DNA of 64,000 nt from an uncultured Alphaproteobacteria bacterium (GCA_963821965.1 CAWGFY010000007.1:210887-274886), one strand, 5' to 3'; positions 40,170-50,413 are shown, numbered from the stretch's first letter. Program-made: numbers and translations. Notes: generated by a model not told the origin, from the letters alone.

Positions 40170-41279
40170 CTAGTACACGACGACCGAACGGATCGATTTG
40201 CCCTCGTGCATCAGATCGAAGCCCTTGTTGATGTCCTCGAGCTTGAGGGTGTGGGTGATCATCGGATCGATCTGAATTCTTCCGTCCATGTACCAGTCGA
40301 CGATCTTCGGCACGTCGGTGCGGCCACGCGCGCCGCCGAACGCCGTGCCCTTCCAGACACGCCCGGTTACGAGCTGGAACGGACGGGTGGCGATTTCCTT
40401 GCCGGCCTCGGCCACGCCGATCACGACCGAGACGCCCCAGCCGCGGTGGCAAGCCTCCAGTGCCTGGCGCATCACGGTGGTGTTGCCGGTGCAGTCGAAG
40501 GTGAAATCGGCCCCGCCGTCCGTAAGCGTGACCAGATGCGCGACGATGTCGCCCGAGACCTTCTTCGGGTTGACGAAATCGGTCATCCCGAACTTGCGGC
40601 CCCATTGATCCTTCGAGTCGTTGATATCGACGCCGATGATCTTGTTGGCGCCGACCATCTTGGCGCCCTGGATGACATTGAGCCCGATCCCGCCAAGGCC
40701 GAACACCACGACATTGGCGCCCGGGGTCACCTTGGCGGTGTTGACCACGGCGCCGACGCCGGTGGTGACGCCGCAGCCGATATAGCAGCTCTTGTCAAAG
40801 GGAGCGTCCTGCCGGATCTTCGCCACCGCGATTTCCGGCAACACCGTGAAGTTCGAAAACGTCGAGCAACCCATGTAGTGATAGATGGTCTTGCCCTTGT
40901 GGCTGAAGCGCGAGCTGCCGTCCGGCATCAGGCCCTTGCCCTGGGTGGCGCGGATCGCCGTGCAGAGATTGGTCTTCTGGCTGAGACAGCTTTTGCACTG
41001 GCGGCATTCGGGCGTGTAGAGCGGAATGACGTGGTCGCCCGGTTTGACCGAAGTAACGCCTGCGCCGATTTCACGGACGATGCCCGCGCCTTCATGCCCG
41101 AGGATCGACGGAAAGATGCCCTCGCTGTCGAAGCCGTCGAGGGTGTAGGCGTCGGTATGGCAAATGCCGGTGGCCTTGATCTCGACCAGGACTTCACCCG
41201 CCTTCGGCCCCTCCAGATCGAGCTCGACAATCTCCAGCGGCTTCTTTGCTTCGAAAGCGACGGCGGCCCGTGTCTTCAT
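40170..41279 (-). CDS. frmA: S-(hydroxymethyl)glutathione dehydrogenase / class III ADH
   Basis: [45 protein letters not shown]. Confidence 0.96.
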   Translation of the reverse strand: MKTRAAVAFEAKKPLEIVELDLEGPKAGEVLVEIKATGICHTDAYTLDGFDSEGIFPSILGHEGAGIVREIGAGVTSVKPGDHVIPLYTPECRQCKSCLSQKTNLCTAIRATQGKGLMPDGSSRFSHKGKTIYHYMGCSTFSNFTVLPEIAVAKIRQDAPFDKSCYIGCGVTTGVGAVVNTAKVTPGANVVVFGLGGIGLNVIQGAKMVGANKIIGVDINDSKDQWGRKFGMTDFVNPKKVSGDIVAHLVTLTDGGADFTFDCTGNTTVMRQALEACHRGWGVSVVIGVAEAGKEIATRPFQLVTGRVWKGTAFGGARGRTDVPKIVDWYMDGRIQIDPMITHTLKLEDINKGFDLMHEGKSIRSVVVY

Positions 41280-41313
41280 GATCGAAATCCTGTCTCGCTT
41301 CCCTCTCGGCTCC

Positions 41314-41835
41314 CTAGTGTTTGGTGCCCATGCAGGAGTTTTCAGCCTGGGTATAGGCGGGAGTCTTGTCCTCGTGTTTCGCCGGCCGCACCCGCCCCAG
41401 CGCATCATTGGCGCGCGCCCGCAGGTAGACGTAGATGTCGTCCATGTAGCAGGCCACGTTCGGATTATCGCCGAACGCAGGCATCACGTTGTCCTGGGCC
41501 GTGTTGACGTTCTTGCGGCCGCTCGCAACGACGCCAAGGAAGTCGCCGTAGCTGAGGGTCTTCAAGGAATCCTTCAGCGCCGGCGCATAGCTCGATCCCA
41601 TGCCGTCGGGTCCGTGGCAGACATGACACTCCGAATGATAACGGCGGTATCCGGAGTAGGTGTACCAGTCGACGGTGCCGTCGGCCTGAATCTTGTAGGT
41701 TGGGTTTCCCTGGCTATCGAGATATTTGCCGTCTTCGGATTTCACCGCGGCCGGATCACCGGAGCCGTCGGCGAAGGCGGCTCCGCCTGCAGCGATCAGC
41801 ATAACCGCTGCGGTCACAAGAAAAATAATACGCAA
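41314..41835 (-). CDS. xoxG: Cytochrome c partner of XoxF
   Basis: Signal peptide, [22 protein letters not shown]; TTG start with GAGGA RBS. Confidence 0.88.
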   Translation of the reverse strand: MRIIFLVTAAVMLIAAGGAAFADGSGDPAAVKSEDGKYLDSQGNPTYKIQADGTVDWYTYSGYRRYHSECHVCHGPDGMGSSYAPALKDSLKTLSYGDFLGVVASGRKNVNTAQDNVMPAFGDNPNVACYMDDIYVYLRARANDALGRVRPAKHEDKTPAYTQAENSCMGTKH

Positions 41836-41868
41836 GTGCTTGTCCTCGGCTGTCGATGTCGCGTCATC

Positions 41869-41894
41869 CGGCGCGTGAGCGAACTCACGCGCCG
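41869..41894 (-). terminator. Intercistronic stem-loop after xoxF
   Basis: 11-bp perfect stem CGGCGCGUGAG/CUCACGCGCCG with a UUCG loop on the minus strand; no U-tract, so probably an mRNA stabiliser. Confidence 0.6.
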
Positions 41895-41910
41895 AACGAG
41901 GTTCGTCAGC

Positions 41911-43716
41911 TCATTGCGGCAGAGCAAACACCGTGAGGCTGCCCCCGAGCGAGGTGTAGTTGCTGAGCGCAGCGTAACCACCGACGGCGCCGAGACCTGC
42001 GGTCGGGTCGGTCAGACCGGCCGCGAGACCGATGCCTGCCCAGCCGCCGACGCCTGACAGCACGGCGATGTACTGTCTGCCGTTGTGCTCGTAGGTCGTG
42101 ACGTTGCCGATGATGCCGGACGGAGTCTTGAACTTGTAAAGCTCCTTGCCCGTCTTGGCATCGACCGCCTTCAGGTAACCTTCCAGCGTGCCGTAGAACA
42201 CGACGCCGCCTGCGGTCGCCAGAGCGCCCGACCAGACCGAGAACTGTTCCTTGTTCGACCAGACGATCTTGCCCGTCTTGCCGTCCCAGGCGATGAAGTT
42301 GCCCATATGGGTCTCGCCGGGAGGCGGATACATCGACAGCGTCGCACCCACATAGGGCTGACCCGCGGTGTAGCTCACCTTGAACGGTTCATAGTCCATG
42401 CAGACGTGGTTGGTGGGAACGTAGAACAACTGCGTGTCCGGCGAATAGGCTGCGGGCTGCTCGTCCTTGGAGCCGAGCGCGGCCGGGCAGATACCCTTGT
42501 TGTTGTGGTCCTCACCCATCTTGTCGGTCGAATATTCGTCGACCACTTTCGGCCGGCCGTAGGTCGGCGAGCTCTTGTTCATGTCGACGCCGGTAGTCCA
42601 GTTGACCTTCGGGTCGTACTTCTGGGCGACGAGCAACTCGCCGTTGACGCGGTCGAGCGTATAGCCGAGGCCGTTACGATCGAAATGGGTCAACAGCTTG
42701 CGGGGCTTTCCGTCGATCGACTGATCGGTGAGGATCATCTCGTTGACGCCGTCATAGTCCCACTCGTCATGCGGGGTCATCTGATAGACCCACTTCGCCA
42801 TGCCGGTATCGGGATTGCGGGCGAAGATGGTCATCGACCATTTGTTGTCGCCAGGACGCTGCTTCGGATTCCAGGTCGAGGGATTGCCCGAACCGTAATA
42901 GACGAGATCGAGCGCGGGATCGTAGGCGAGCCAGCCCCAGGTGCAGCCTCCGCCGATCTTCCACTGATCGCCTTCCCAGGTCTTCACACTGGAGTCCTTG
43001 CCGACAGGCTTGCCGAGCGCCGTGGTTTTCTCGGGGTCGACCATGATCTGATCGTCCGGTCCTTCCGAATAGGCCTTCCAGACCTGCTTGCCGTCCTTGA
43101 TGCTGTAGGCTGTCATGCTGCACTGGACGCCGAATTCGCCGCCGGAGGTTCCGACCAGAACCTTGTCCTTGACGACCATCGGCGCCGAGGTTCCCGTCTG
43201 TCCCTTGCTGGGATCGCCGTTGACAGCGGTCCACTCGACGTTGCCGTTCTTCGAATTGAGCGCGACGAGCTTGTCGTCGGCCTGGTGCAGGAAGATCTTT
43301 CCGTCGGCATAGGCGAGGCCGCGGTTGACGGTGTCGCAGCACATCACCGGAATGACGTTGGGATCCTGCTTCGGCTCGTAGCTCCAGACGATCTTGTTGT
43401 CCTGGGACAGGTCAAGAGCATAGACCTTGTTCGGGAAGGGTGTGTGGACATACATCAGGTTTCCGATGATGAGCGGTCCACCTTCGTGACCGCGCAGCAC
43501 GCCGGTCGAGAAGGTCCAGGCGACCTGGAGCTTGCCGGCATTGGAGGCGTTGATCTGCTTGAGCTTGGAGTAACGCGTGTTGGCGTAGTCGCCCGTCGGC
43601 ATCGCCCACTCGGCCGGATTCTGCGACATCCGGTTCAGTTCGTCATTGGCTGCAGCGCTTCCTGCGGCGAACGCCGCCAAGGCGCCGAGACCAGTCGCGA
43701 GTAGCAGCTTTCGCAT
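41911..43716 (-). CDS. xoxF: Lanthanide-dependent PQQ methanol dehydrogenase
   Basis: [10 protein letters not shown] vicinal disulfide; WDYDGVNE carries the extra lanthanide-ligating Asp; no mxaI nearby. Confidence 0.96.
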   Translation of the reverse strand: MRKLLLATGLGALAAFAAGSAAANDELNRMSQNPAEWAMPTGDYANTRYSKLKQINASNAGKLQVAWTFSTGVLRGHEGGPLIIGNLMYVHTPFPNKVYALDLSQDNKIVWSYEPKQDPNVIPVMCCDTVNRGLAYADGKIFLHQADDKLVALNSKNGNVEWTAVNGDPSKGQTGTSAPMVVKDKVLVGTSGGEFGVQCSMTAYSIKDGKQVWKAYSEGPDDQIMVDPEKTTALGKPVGKDSSVKTWEGDQWKIGGGCTWGWLAYDPALDLVYYGSGNPSTWNPKQRPGDNKWSMTIFARNPDTGMAKWVYQMTPHDEWDYDGVNEMILTDQSIDGKPRKLLTHFDRNGLGYTLDRVNGELLVAQKYDPKVNWTTGVDMNKSSPTYGRPKVVDEYSTDKMGEDHNNKGICPAALGSKDEQPAAYSPDTQLFYVPTNHVCMDYEPFKVSYTAGQPYVGATLSMYPPPGETHMGNFIAWDGKTGKIVWSNKEQFSVWSGALATAGGVVFYGTLEGYLKAVDAKTGKELYKFKTPSGIIGNVTTYEHNGRQYIAVLSGVGGWAGIGLAAGLTDPTAGLGAVGGYAALSNYTSLGGSLTVFALPQ

Positions 43717-44115
43717 CGTGGTTCCTCCCAGTTTGAACTTCGGGTTCCGCGCATGCGGCCCCGATTTTCGAATTCTCGTTAAGCTCCATCCCTATCCCCT
43801 TCGAAAGGTTGGGACTTGCCCGAGAGCGAAACACGTTTGCTTGAAAGGGAAGCACGATGAATTTTTTCGCCGCGGCTGAAAGGCGCCGTGACGTTCCGGG
43901 ACTTTTGCTGCGCGGCGTCAGAGGTTCTCGGGGGACGCTGCCCATCGATGTTTTCCTTGACGCCGCCTCGACTTGGACAGAGGATCAACCTCGGCGGGAG
44001 CAAAGGGACGCTCCGTAAATCCAGTCCGGCCGGCCTCAACTTGGCCTCAAGTCGAATGTTGCCTGCCGTGATCAGCTGCGAGCTCTCACGGTTGATCTCA
44101 AATCGGTGGCAGGAC

Positions 44116-45078
44116 ATGCCCGACACAATTCACTCGCTCAGCACTGCCGGACTGGGGCCGAAGAGGCAGCTTCAGTGTTGGTCAGATGCACTGACGGATT
44201 TGTGCGGCCAATTCGCCGTCGATCCCCTCGAGGCTTCGACGCTGGAAGGGCGTATCAACTACACCACGGTGTCGAAACTGAAGCTGTGTCAGATCGAGGC
44301 CAGCCAGCATCGGATCGCCCACGTCTCCAGGCCGACCCACAACAGCGAGCACCCCTACGTCAAGATCCTGTTCCAGACCCATGGCATTTCCTACTTCGAG
44401 CAGAACGGTTGCCAGATCGAGGTGAGGCCAGGCGACTGCCTTGCCTATGACGTGTCCGCGCCGCACACGATCATCAGTCCTGCCCTGACACGACACGAGG
44501 TCGTCATCGTGCCAAAGGAGTTGCTGCGGGAGCGCGGTTTTCACTTCGGCAAGATGTCGGCCTGCAAGCTGTCGGCGCTGACCGGAACCGGGCGAATCGC
44601 GCATGAGTTCGTGCACGCGGCTTTCGACGAGGCGGCCAAGCTGTCGGCAAACAGCGCGGTCGGCGTCGCCGATTCGCTGATCGATCTGTTGCTGCTTCCG
44701 CTGCGCGAGGCCGACACGGCTTTCGATCGTGTCGGGCCGGAGGCGATGTATGTGCGGGCGCAGGCCTTCATCCGCGAGCATTTGCGCGACCCCGACCTGT
44801 GCATCGACCAGATTTCGGCGGCGCTTGGCTGCACAAAACGCTACCTGCACATGCTGTTCAGCGAACGGGGCATGACCGTCAGCGACTATATCTGGCGGGC
44901 GCGGCTGCAGCATTGCCGGCAGGAGCTGGAAGCGCATGGCGGCAAGACCATCACCGACGTTGCCTTCTCCTGGGGATTTTCGAGCTCCTCGCATTTCAGT
45001 CGCGTGTTCCGGAAATGCTTCGGCGTCTCGCCTTCCGCCATTCACAAGGGACATGGCGATCCAGCGGGCCTGAGCTGA
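44116..45078 (+). CDS. AraC-family transcriptional regulator (FeaR-like), divergent from xoxF
   Basis: C-terminal ITDVAFSWGFSSSSHFSRVFRKCFGVSP. Confidence 0.92.
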   Translation: MPDTIHSLSTAGLGPKRQLQCWSDALTDLCGQFAVDPLEASTLEGRINYTTVSKLKLCQIEASQHRIAHVSRPTHNSEHPYVKILFQTHGISYFEQNGCQIEVRPGDCLAYDVSAPHTIISPALTRHEVVIVPKELLRERGFHFGKMSACKLSALTGTGRIAHEFVHAAFDEAAKLSANSAVGVADSLIDLLLLPLREADTAFDRVGPEAMYVRAQAFIREHLRDPDLCIDQISAALGCTKRYLHMLFSERGMTVSDYIWRARLQHCRQELEAHGGKTITDVAFSWGFSSSSHFSRVFRKCFGVSPSAIHKGHGDPAGLS

Positions 45079-45088
45079 GCGATTCCGC

Positions 45089-45343
45089 TCAGCTCGAGGG
45101 ATTGTTCGCGCAGGCGCTGGGCCGCGGCCTGATGCCGCGCTTGTCGACGGGAACATTGCAATTGTCGATGCGCTGCTCGTCCGTCCATTTGGGACCAAGC
45201 CGCTCCTTGCCCGTGAGCACTCGCGCGCGCGTTTGCGCCGGAACGGCCACTCCGCCGCGATCGCGCTGGCCATCCTCGGCCCAAGCGCAGGACGCAAACG
45301 CGATGCCCAGCAATGCGCCGGCGATCCCTCGACATAACTGCAT
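45089..45343 (-). CDS. Small secreted hypothetical protein
   Basis: GAGG RBS, signal peptide, LTGKERLGPKWTDEQRIDNCNVP. Confidence 0.72.
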   Translation of the reverse strand: MQLCRGIAGALLGIAFASCAWAEDGQRDRGGVAVPAQTRARVLTGKERLGPKWTDEQRIDNCNVPVDKRGIRPRPSACANNPSS

Positions 45344-45445
45344 TCGGACCTCCTCGAATGGTTGCGTTCTTGCAGGCATAGCAACGGCGCAATTCCCGCC
45401 GCCACCCGGAACCTGACGACACACGATCGATTTCAATTCACAGCA

Positions 45446-45612
45446 CTAGTGCGGCGACTTTGAAGTTCCGATCAGTTGTCCCGCACACTCGCCATCGGAA
45501 CTTCAAAGTCAAAGCCGCACTAGAATCAAGGATTTGCTAGTGCTCCTTTGATTCCGAAGTTCGCAAACGAGGACGCCGCGATATGGTGCGAACTTCGGAA
45601 TCGGAGCACTAG
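45446..45612. repeat. Double-hairpin element with IHF-like spacer, copy 2
   Basis: Four CTAG termini; spacer AATCAAGGATTTG is a perfect WATCAANNNNTTR. Confidence 0.9.
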
Positions 45613-45628
45613 AAACAGGAGACCAACG

Positions 45629-46024
45629 ATGCCAACGCGCCGGTCTATCCTTTTGATATCAGCGGCATTCCTGGCAACAGGTTCGGACGCGGGCGCCGCT
45701 GCGCGCGATCCGATCAAGATGTTCGACACCGACGCCGATGGGACGCTCGACCTGGCCGAAGTGAAGAAAGCTGCAACGGCGCTGTTCGCAAAGCTCGACC
45801 CTGACCGTGACGGCACGCTCGACAGGCGCGAACTGGCAGGCAGGCTGACCGCGCGCGAGTTTGCGGCTGCCGATCCCGATCATGACGGCACGTTGACGCT
45901 GGATGAATATCTGGCCGTAGTCGAAAAACGCTTCCATGCAGCCAACCCGGACGGCGACGGAACGCTCGATGCAAGGGAGCTGCGCGCGCCGGCAGGTCGC
46001 GCGCTGTTGCGTTTGTTGAGATAG
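45629..46024 (+). CDS. lanM: Lanmodulin (lanthanide-binding EF-hand protein)
   Basis: Four closely spaced EF loops DTDADGTLDLAE, DPDRDGTLDRRE, DPDHDGTLTLDE, NPDGDGTLDARE with Pro at position 2 in three; export signal; AGGAG RBS. Confidence 0.88.
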   Translation: MPTRRSILLISAAFLATGSDAGAAARDPIKMFDTDADGTLDLAEVKKAATALFAKLDPDRDGTLDRRELAGRLTAREFAAADPDHDGTLTLDEYLAVVEKRFHAANPDGDGTLDARELRAPAGRALLRLLR

Positions 46025-46119
46025 AATCCGATTTTCTCGCGAGGCCTTGCATCGCGCACGCGGCGGTTTTACGTTCCGCCCCGGTGCGACTGTCGCACCA
46101 GACTGCTTGGGAGACCCAC

Positions 46120-46200
46120 ATGTCTTGGAAAACTCCGAAGATCGTCGAAGTGCCGGTGGGCATGGAAATCAACATGTACGCCTGCGCTGCGCGCAAGTAA
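46120..46200 (+). CDS. pqqA: PQQ precursor peptide (26 aa, not in the ORF track)
   Basis: MSWKTPKIVEVPVGMEINMYACAARK with W--P and E-x3-Y; GGGAG RBS. Confidence 0.95.
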   Translation: MSWKTPKIVEVPVGMEINMYACAARK

Positions 46201-46206
46201 CTGCGC

Positions 46207-46246
46207 TCTGCCCGGCTTCGGCATTCGCTGCCGGACGCCGGGCAGA
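46207..46246 (+). terminator. Stem-loop after pqqA
   Basis: TCTGCCCGGC...GCCGGGCAGA inverted repeat starting 6 nt after the stop; no U-tract. Confidence 0.5.
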
Positions 46247-46383
46247 CGTGGCATGACCTCCGCGGATTTGCTGTCGCCGGTCGCCCCGGCTTTTCCCTTG
46301 ATCCAGCCAAACTCGGCACTATCAGCGCCTCGGCCTGTGCTAAGCTGGGGTCAGCGGACCTGTCGATTTGCGCCGAAACGGGA

Positions 46384-47247
46384 ATGAGCATTCTTGCGAA
46401 ATCATTCTGTGCTGCGATGCTGTGCGTCGTGCTGCAGCCCGGCCTTGGCCGCGCCGAAGGCATCGACACCGAGCACATCTACGCCTTCATGATCGGTACC
46501 GATGTCGGCGAGCTCGGCGAGCGCGAATTCCAGAGCGAGACCACGGGCCGATTTTCCAGGCAGGCCGGAACCTATCAGGCGGTCGGCCAACAGCTTGAGC
46601 TCGAGTTCGTGCCGATCAAGAATTTCCGCATTGAGGTCGGGACCACTCTCGCAGCTCACAACATCGAATCCGTGCCGAGCTTCGTCGATCGCACGCAGGT
46701 CAACTGGCAGGGCGCCTCGCTCGATCTGCGCTACCGGTTTCTCAATCGCGACACCGCTCCTTTCGGTCTCACGCTGGCGCTGGAGAGCCACGGCAACCGT
46801 ATCGACGAGACCACGGCGTTGCCGGCGCATAACTACGGGACCGAGCTAACTCTGGCGCTGGAGCGCGATTTGATCCCCGGGCGCGCAGTGGCCACTCTCA
46901 ACCTCGGCTATCAGCCGGAATGGACCCGCTTCGCGGGTGCTCCCGCCGAGGAGCAGGAGTCCACGCTCGCGATTGCGTTCGGCGTCATGGCGAAACTCCG
47001 TCCGAATTTTCTGTTCGGCGGCGAGGTGCGCTATTTCCGCCGGTATGACGGGATCGGGCTCGACGAGCTGGCAGGGCAGGCGCTGTTCATCGGGCCGACC
47101 GCCTATTTCCAGCTCTCGGATCGCGCGCGTCTCACGGCGAACTGGAGCATTCAGGCCTGGGGCCGGCCAGCGGGATCGAACGCTACGCTCGACCTCGTCA
47201 ACTTCGAGCGCCATCAGGCGAAACTGGTATTTGGCGTCAACTTCTAG
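46384..47247 (+). CDS. Putative outer-membrane beta-barrel protein
   Basis: Signal peptide, alternating amphipathic strands, C-terminal FGVNF. Confidence 0.7.
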   Translation: MSILAKSFCAAMLCVVLQPGLGRAEGIDTEHIYAFMIGTDVGELGEREFQSETTGRFSRQAGTYQAVGQQLELEFVPIKNFRIEVGTTLAAHNIESVPSFVDRTQVNWQGASLDLRYRFLNRDTAPFGLTLALESHGNRIDETTALPAHNYGTELTLALERDLIPGRAVATLNLGYQPEWTRFAGAPAEEQESTLAIAFGVMAKLRPNFLFGGEVRYFRRYDGIGLDELAGQALFIGPTAYFQLSDRARLTANWSIQAWGRPAGSNATLDLVNFERHQAKLVFGVNF

Positions 47248-47259
47248 GGCCTTCACATG

Positions 47260-47426
47260 CCAGTGTGGCGGTTCAGAAGTCCGCATCATTTTTGCCGCAA
47301 GGTCTCAATGCGGACTTCTGAACCAAAGCCACACCAGATTCAATAATTTGCTAGTGTCCTTTCGATTCCGAAGTTCGCAAACAGAGGTGCCGCGAGATGA
47401 TGCGAACTTCGGAATCGGGACACTAG
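47260..47426. repeat. Double-hairpin element with IHF-like spacer, copy 3
   Basis: Same architecture; spacer ATTCAATAATTTG; first hairpin ends degenerated to CCAG. Confidence 0.88.
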
Positions 47427-47500
47427 TGAAACTTCGCTCCGGCTGCTCTCGTAGCTGGCCATGCTATCGATAGGCTGGAACTGCGCCGGAGGATATCGGC

Positions 47501-47710
47501 ATGGATGCGATAAACCTGGTCATCACGGTTTGCGCCGTGCTCGCGCCGGCCAATTGCGAGGAAAAGAACCTGGTGTTTTCCTCGACCTTCTCGCTGCAGC
47601 AATGCCTCATGGCTGCTCCGCCCTATATCGCGCAATGGATCGGCCAACACCCGCAATATCAGGCGGTGAAGTGGCGCTGCGAATATCCGCACAGCCGCGA
47701 GAAGATCTGA
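47501..47710 (+). CDS. Small 4-Cys hypothetical protein (69 aa)
   Basis: GGAGG RBS; pattern shared with 39020..39235. Confidence 0.8.
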   Translation: MDAINLVITVCAVLAPANCEEKNLVFSSTFSLQQCLMAAPPYIAQWIGQHPQYQAVKWRCEYPHSREKI

Positions 47711-47744
47711 TCGCGGCGCCCCTGCGGTCAAAGGCGCGCGCGAG

Positions 47745-48092
47745 CTATTTGTTACAATCCTTCAAATCCTTGTCGGCGATCGAGAACACCGCGTCGGCCT
47801 TGATCTCGATGTCGCGTACGAAGCATTGCCGGGAGTCGCGATAGCTGACCTTGGCGTCGTAGCGTCCCGGCTCCACACCGGTGATGCGCAGCCGCTCGTC
47901 GTGATCGACTTCCTTGTCGCGGTCGTTCAGGGTCTGGTTCGGTCCCCACTCGTTTTTGCCGGCAGGCGACAGCTGGAAGCCGGAGATGGTCGAGGTCGTC
48001 AGGTTCCACAGCCGGATGCCTTTGCCCTGCGCGGTCACTGCGCCGGGCAGCATCATCGCAACCAGGCAGATGGCAATCGGTATTCGCGGCAT
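47745..48092 (-). CDS. Secreted hypothetical protein
   Basis: GAGGGAG RBS, signal peptide, 2 Cys in the mature part. Confidence 0.75.
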   Translation of the reverse strand: MPRIPIAICLVAMMLPGAVTAQGKGIRLWNLTTSTISGFQLSPAGKNEWGPNQTLNDRDKEVDHDERLRITGVEPGRYDAKVSYRDSRQCFVRDIEIKADAVFSIADKDLKDCNK

Positions 48093-48201
48093 GATGGTCT
48101 CCCTCGGCATGCGGCTTCATGACATCGTGAGCCGTCTTCCGGATTGCCGGCTTTCCAGCGCGAGATCGATAGCATAGGTTTTACTTCCGGGAGAAACGCC
48201 G

Positions 48202-48561
48202 ATGATATGTGCCGGGCGAGTACGAGCGATTGTCGCTGTGCTGGGCGGTCTCGTGACGAGCGCCGCGATCGCGCACGCCGCCGACGTCAACGATTATCCG
48301 ACCTCGGCGCGCGCCGAATACGTGTTCGGCTGCATGAAGGCCAACGGCGAGACGCGGCAATCGATCGAGCAGTGTTCCTGTTCGATCGACATCATCGCGT
48401 CGCTGCTGCCCTATGACCGCTATGTCAGCGCCGAGACGGTGCTGAGCATGTCACAGGTCCGCGGCAATCTCGGCACGCAGTTTCGCTCGTCCGAGCAGGC
48501 CAAAGGCGCGCTCGACGATTTGCGCCGCGCCCAGGCGGAAGCCGAGGTGAGATGCTTCTAA
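48202..48561 (+). CDS. Secreted Cys-rich protein typical of quinoprotein clusters
   Basis: NDYPT-AR-EYVFGCM, CSCSID, C-terminal RCF. Confidence 0.8.
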   Translation: MICAGRVRAIVAVLGGLVTSAAIAHAADVNDYPTSARAEYVFGCMKANGETRQSIEQCSCSIDIIASLLPYDRYVSAETVLSMSQVRGNLGTQFRSSEQAKGALDDLRRAQAEAEVRCF

Positions 48562-48586
48562 TGCCGCGTTTGATTCCGCGTCGGGA

Positions 48587-49417
48587 TCAGGTCCCGGAAC
48601 CGTCGACCTTCCATTCCTTCTGGAACACGTGACCCGACGTGTCCTTGGCCTCGGCGCGGAATGTCTTCGCCCCGTTCGCGACATAGGTGAAGCGGATATT
48701 GGGATCTTCCGAGATCGAAATCCCGCCCTCCATCGACAGCACGGGGCTGTTGTCCTGCCACAGGTGCAATTCGTCGACAAAGAACGCCGGGACGTAGAGA
48801 TGCGTGATCTGGTCCATCTGCAGCCCGGAATTATTGGGATGCCCGATCATGATCTGCGCTTCGCGCTTGCCGCTGCTGGGACCTTGATCGGCTTCGGTGA
48901 ACTGCCGGTACTTCATCTGACCGAGCCGGTTCTTCGCCTCTTCGGCATTCTTGGCCGCGGGCGCCGAACATCCGCCTGATGCCTTCACGAAAGTCTTGAC
49001 CATGTAGAGCTTCCCGTCGCTGAGCTCGGCCACCGCATGAACATTGGTGTAGCTGTTGACGCGGACGCGGGTCGAGATTTCCGATACCCGCGCGTCTGCC
49101 CCGAGTTCGAACTTCGCCGCCATCGGCGCCGGGTTCTGGTCGATCACCAGCGTGATCGTCCGCAATGTCCTGCTGTCGTCGCCCAGAAGCTTCGAGCGCA
49201 AGGTCACCGGGACGATCGCGGCGTCCTCGGCGCGATAAGGCATTTCGATGGCGATGACGTCGCTCCCGTCGTTCATGGGACGATTCTTGAAGATGTCCTG
49301 AACGAGGCCCGGCCAGGGGTCGTAGGGTTCGGCTGCGATGGATGGAGCGACGCACGGCATCGATGCGGCGGCAAACAGCGCCAGAGTGCAGAGCAGACGA
49401 AGTTGATGTTTGGGCAT
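48587..49417 (-). CDS. Quinoprotein dehydrogenase-associated fused SoxYZ-like carrier
   Basis: RAEDAAIVPV, VKASGGCS (SoxY swinging-arm Cys), HPNNSGLQMD, ISEDP. Confidence 0.9.
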   Translation of the reverse strand: MPKHQLRLLCTLALFAAASMPCVAPSIAAEPYDPWPGLVQDIFKNRPMNDGSDVIAIEMPYRAEDAAIVPVTLRSKLLGDDSRTLRTITLVIDQNPAPMAAKFELGADARVSEISTRVRVNSYTNVHAVAELSDGKLYMVKTFVKASGGCSAPAAKNAEEAKNRLGQMKYRQFTEADQGPSSGKREAQIMIGHPNNSGLQMDQITHLYVPAFFVDELHLWQDNSPVLSMEGGISISEDPNIRFTYVANGAKTFRAEAKDTSGHVFQKEWKVDGSGT

Positions 49418-49477
49418 GGTCGCGCTCCCTTATGGGATCGAAGCAGCAACGTTTTCCAATATAAACTACCGCGCGCG

Positions 49478-50413
49478 CTATTCCCACTCAATCTCGGAAA
49501 ATGCTGCGGTTGCGTTGCGGGCGTTGTAATCGTCGAACAATTGCCATTGCGGCCGCTCGGAAGCAGCGGCCGTATCGGCAGCGACCTTGATCGACGCGCC
49601 GCGCTTGACGAGCGTGCGGACGTCGGCCGCAAGCGTTTGCAGATAACGGCGCTCACCGGCAAGCGCTGCGGGCCATTCACTCACGGGACCGTGACCCGGG
49701 ACCACGCGTTGCGCGGCCTGCCCACTCAGCTTGCCCATGATTTGCAGCCAGCCGCGGATGCTGCCGTCCATCACCGGGATATGACTGAGAAAGACCAGGT
49801 CGCCGGCAAATAACGTTTTGGTCGTCTCATCGATCACGGTGAGATCGCTGTCGCTGTGCGCCACCGGCCAGGCGTCCAGCACAAGCGCGCGGGCGCCGAG
49901 TTCCAGCCGCAGCGTGCCATCGACCAGCACGGTCGGCGGGATGATGCGGACCTCGTCGATCAAACCATCGCCCATGATCTGGCGAAAATTGTCGAGATAA
50001 AAATGCCCGCGCGTGCTCAGCGCTTGCGGCAAATTCCTGTGGCCGACGAAGATCGTTCCATTTCCGGAAAAAGCAGCGTTGCCAAAGACGTGATCCGGGT
50101 GGCCGTGGGTGTTGATGACATAGCGGATCGGCTTGTCGGTGCGCGCACGGATCGCTGCAAGAAGCTGCCGTCCTTCCCGCACGCTGCCGCCGGTATCGAT
50201 CACGGCGACTGCATCCTGGCCGACGACGAAGCTGACGTTGGCGATGGCGCCTTCGTTCTCGCGCGTCATCAGCGCGATCTCGCCGATGTGGACGAAGACG
50301 CCGGGGGCAATTTCGGTGACGGACAGTGCCGGCTGCTGCGCGCAGACAAGCGGCGAGGCAGCGAGCGCGGCAAGCAGCGCAAGACAACGCAAAATTCTTT
50401 TGCCAGATCTCAT
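49478..50413 (-). CDS. Quinoprotein relay system zinc metallohydrolase (SoxH-like MBL fold)
   Basis: THGHPDHVFGN, AHS, AGDL, PGHG. Confidence 0.88.
   Translation of the reverse strand: MRSGKRILRCLALLAALAASPLVCAQQPALSVTEIAPGVFVHIGEIALMTRENEGAIANVSFVVGQDAVAVIDTGGSVREGRQLLAAIRARTDKPIRYVINTHGHPDHVFGNAAFSGNGTIFVGHRNLPQALSTRGHFYLDNFRQIMGDGLIDEVRIIPPTVLVDGTLRLELGARALVLDAWPVAHSDSDLTVIDETTKTLFAGDLVFLSHIPVMDGSIRGWLQIMGKLSGQAAQRVVPGHGPVSEWPAALAGERRYLQTLAADVRTLVKRGASIKVAADTAAASERPQWQLFDDYNARNATAAFSEIEWE

Noticed and set aside
45548-45628. N-terminal extension of lanM in the ORF track (likewise long extensions on nadB, frmA, fghA, the response regulator and the ABC ATPases)
   Set aside because: The extensions read through repeats or neighbouring genes; downstream ATGs have RBSs and match family N-termini.
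21814-47426. CTAG double-hairpin copies or REPs as a CRISPR array or full IS
   Set aside because: Dispersed rather than tandem, no repeat-spacer periodicity, and no cas or transposase genes in the window.
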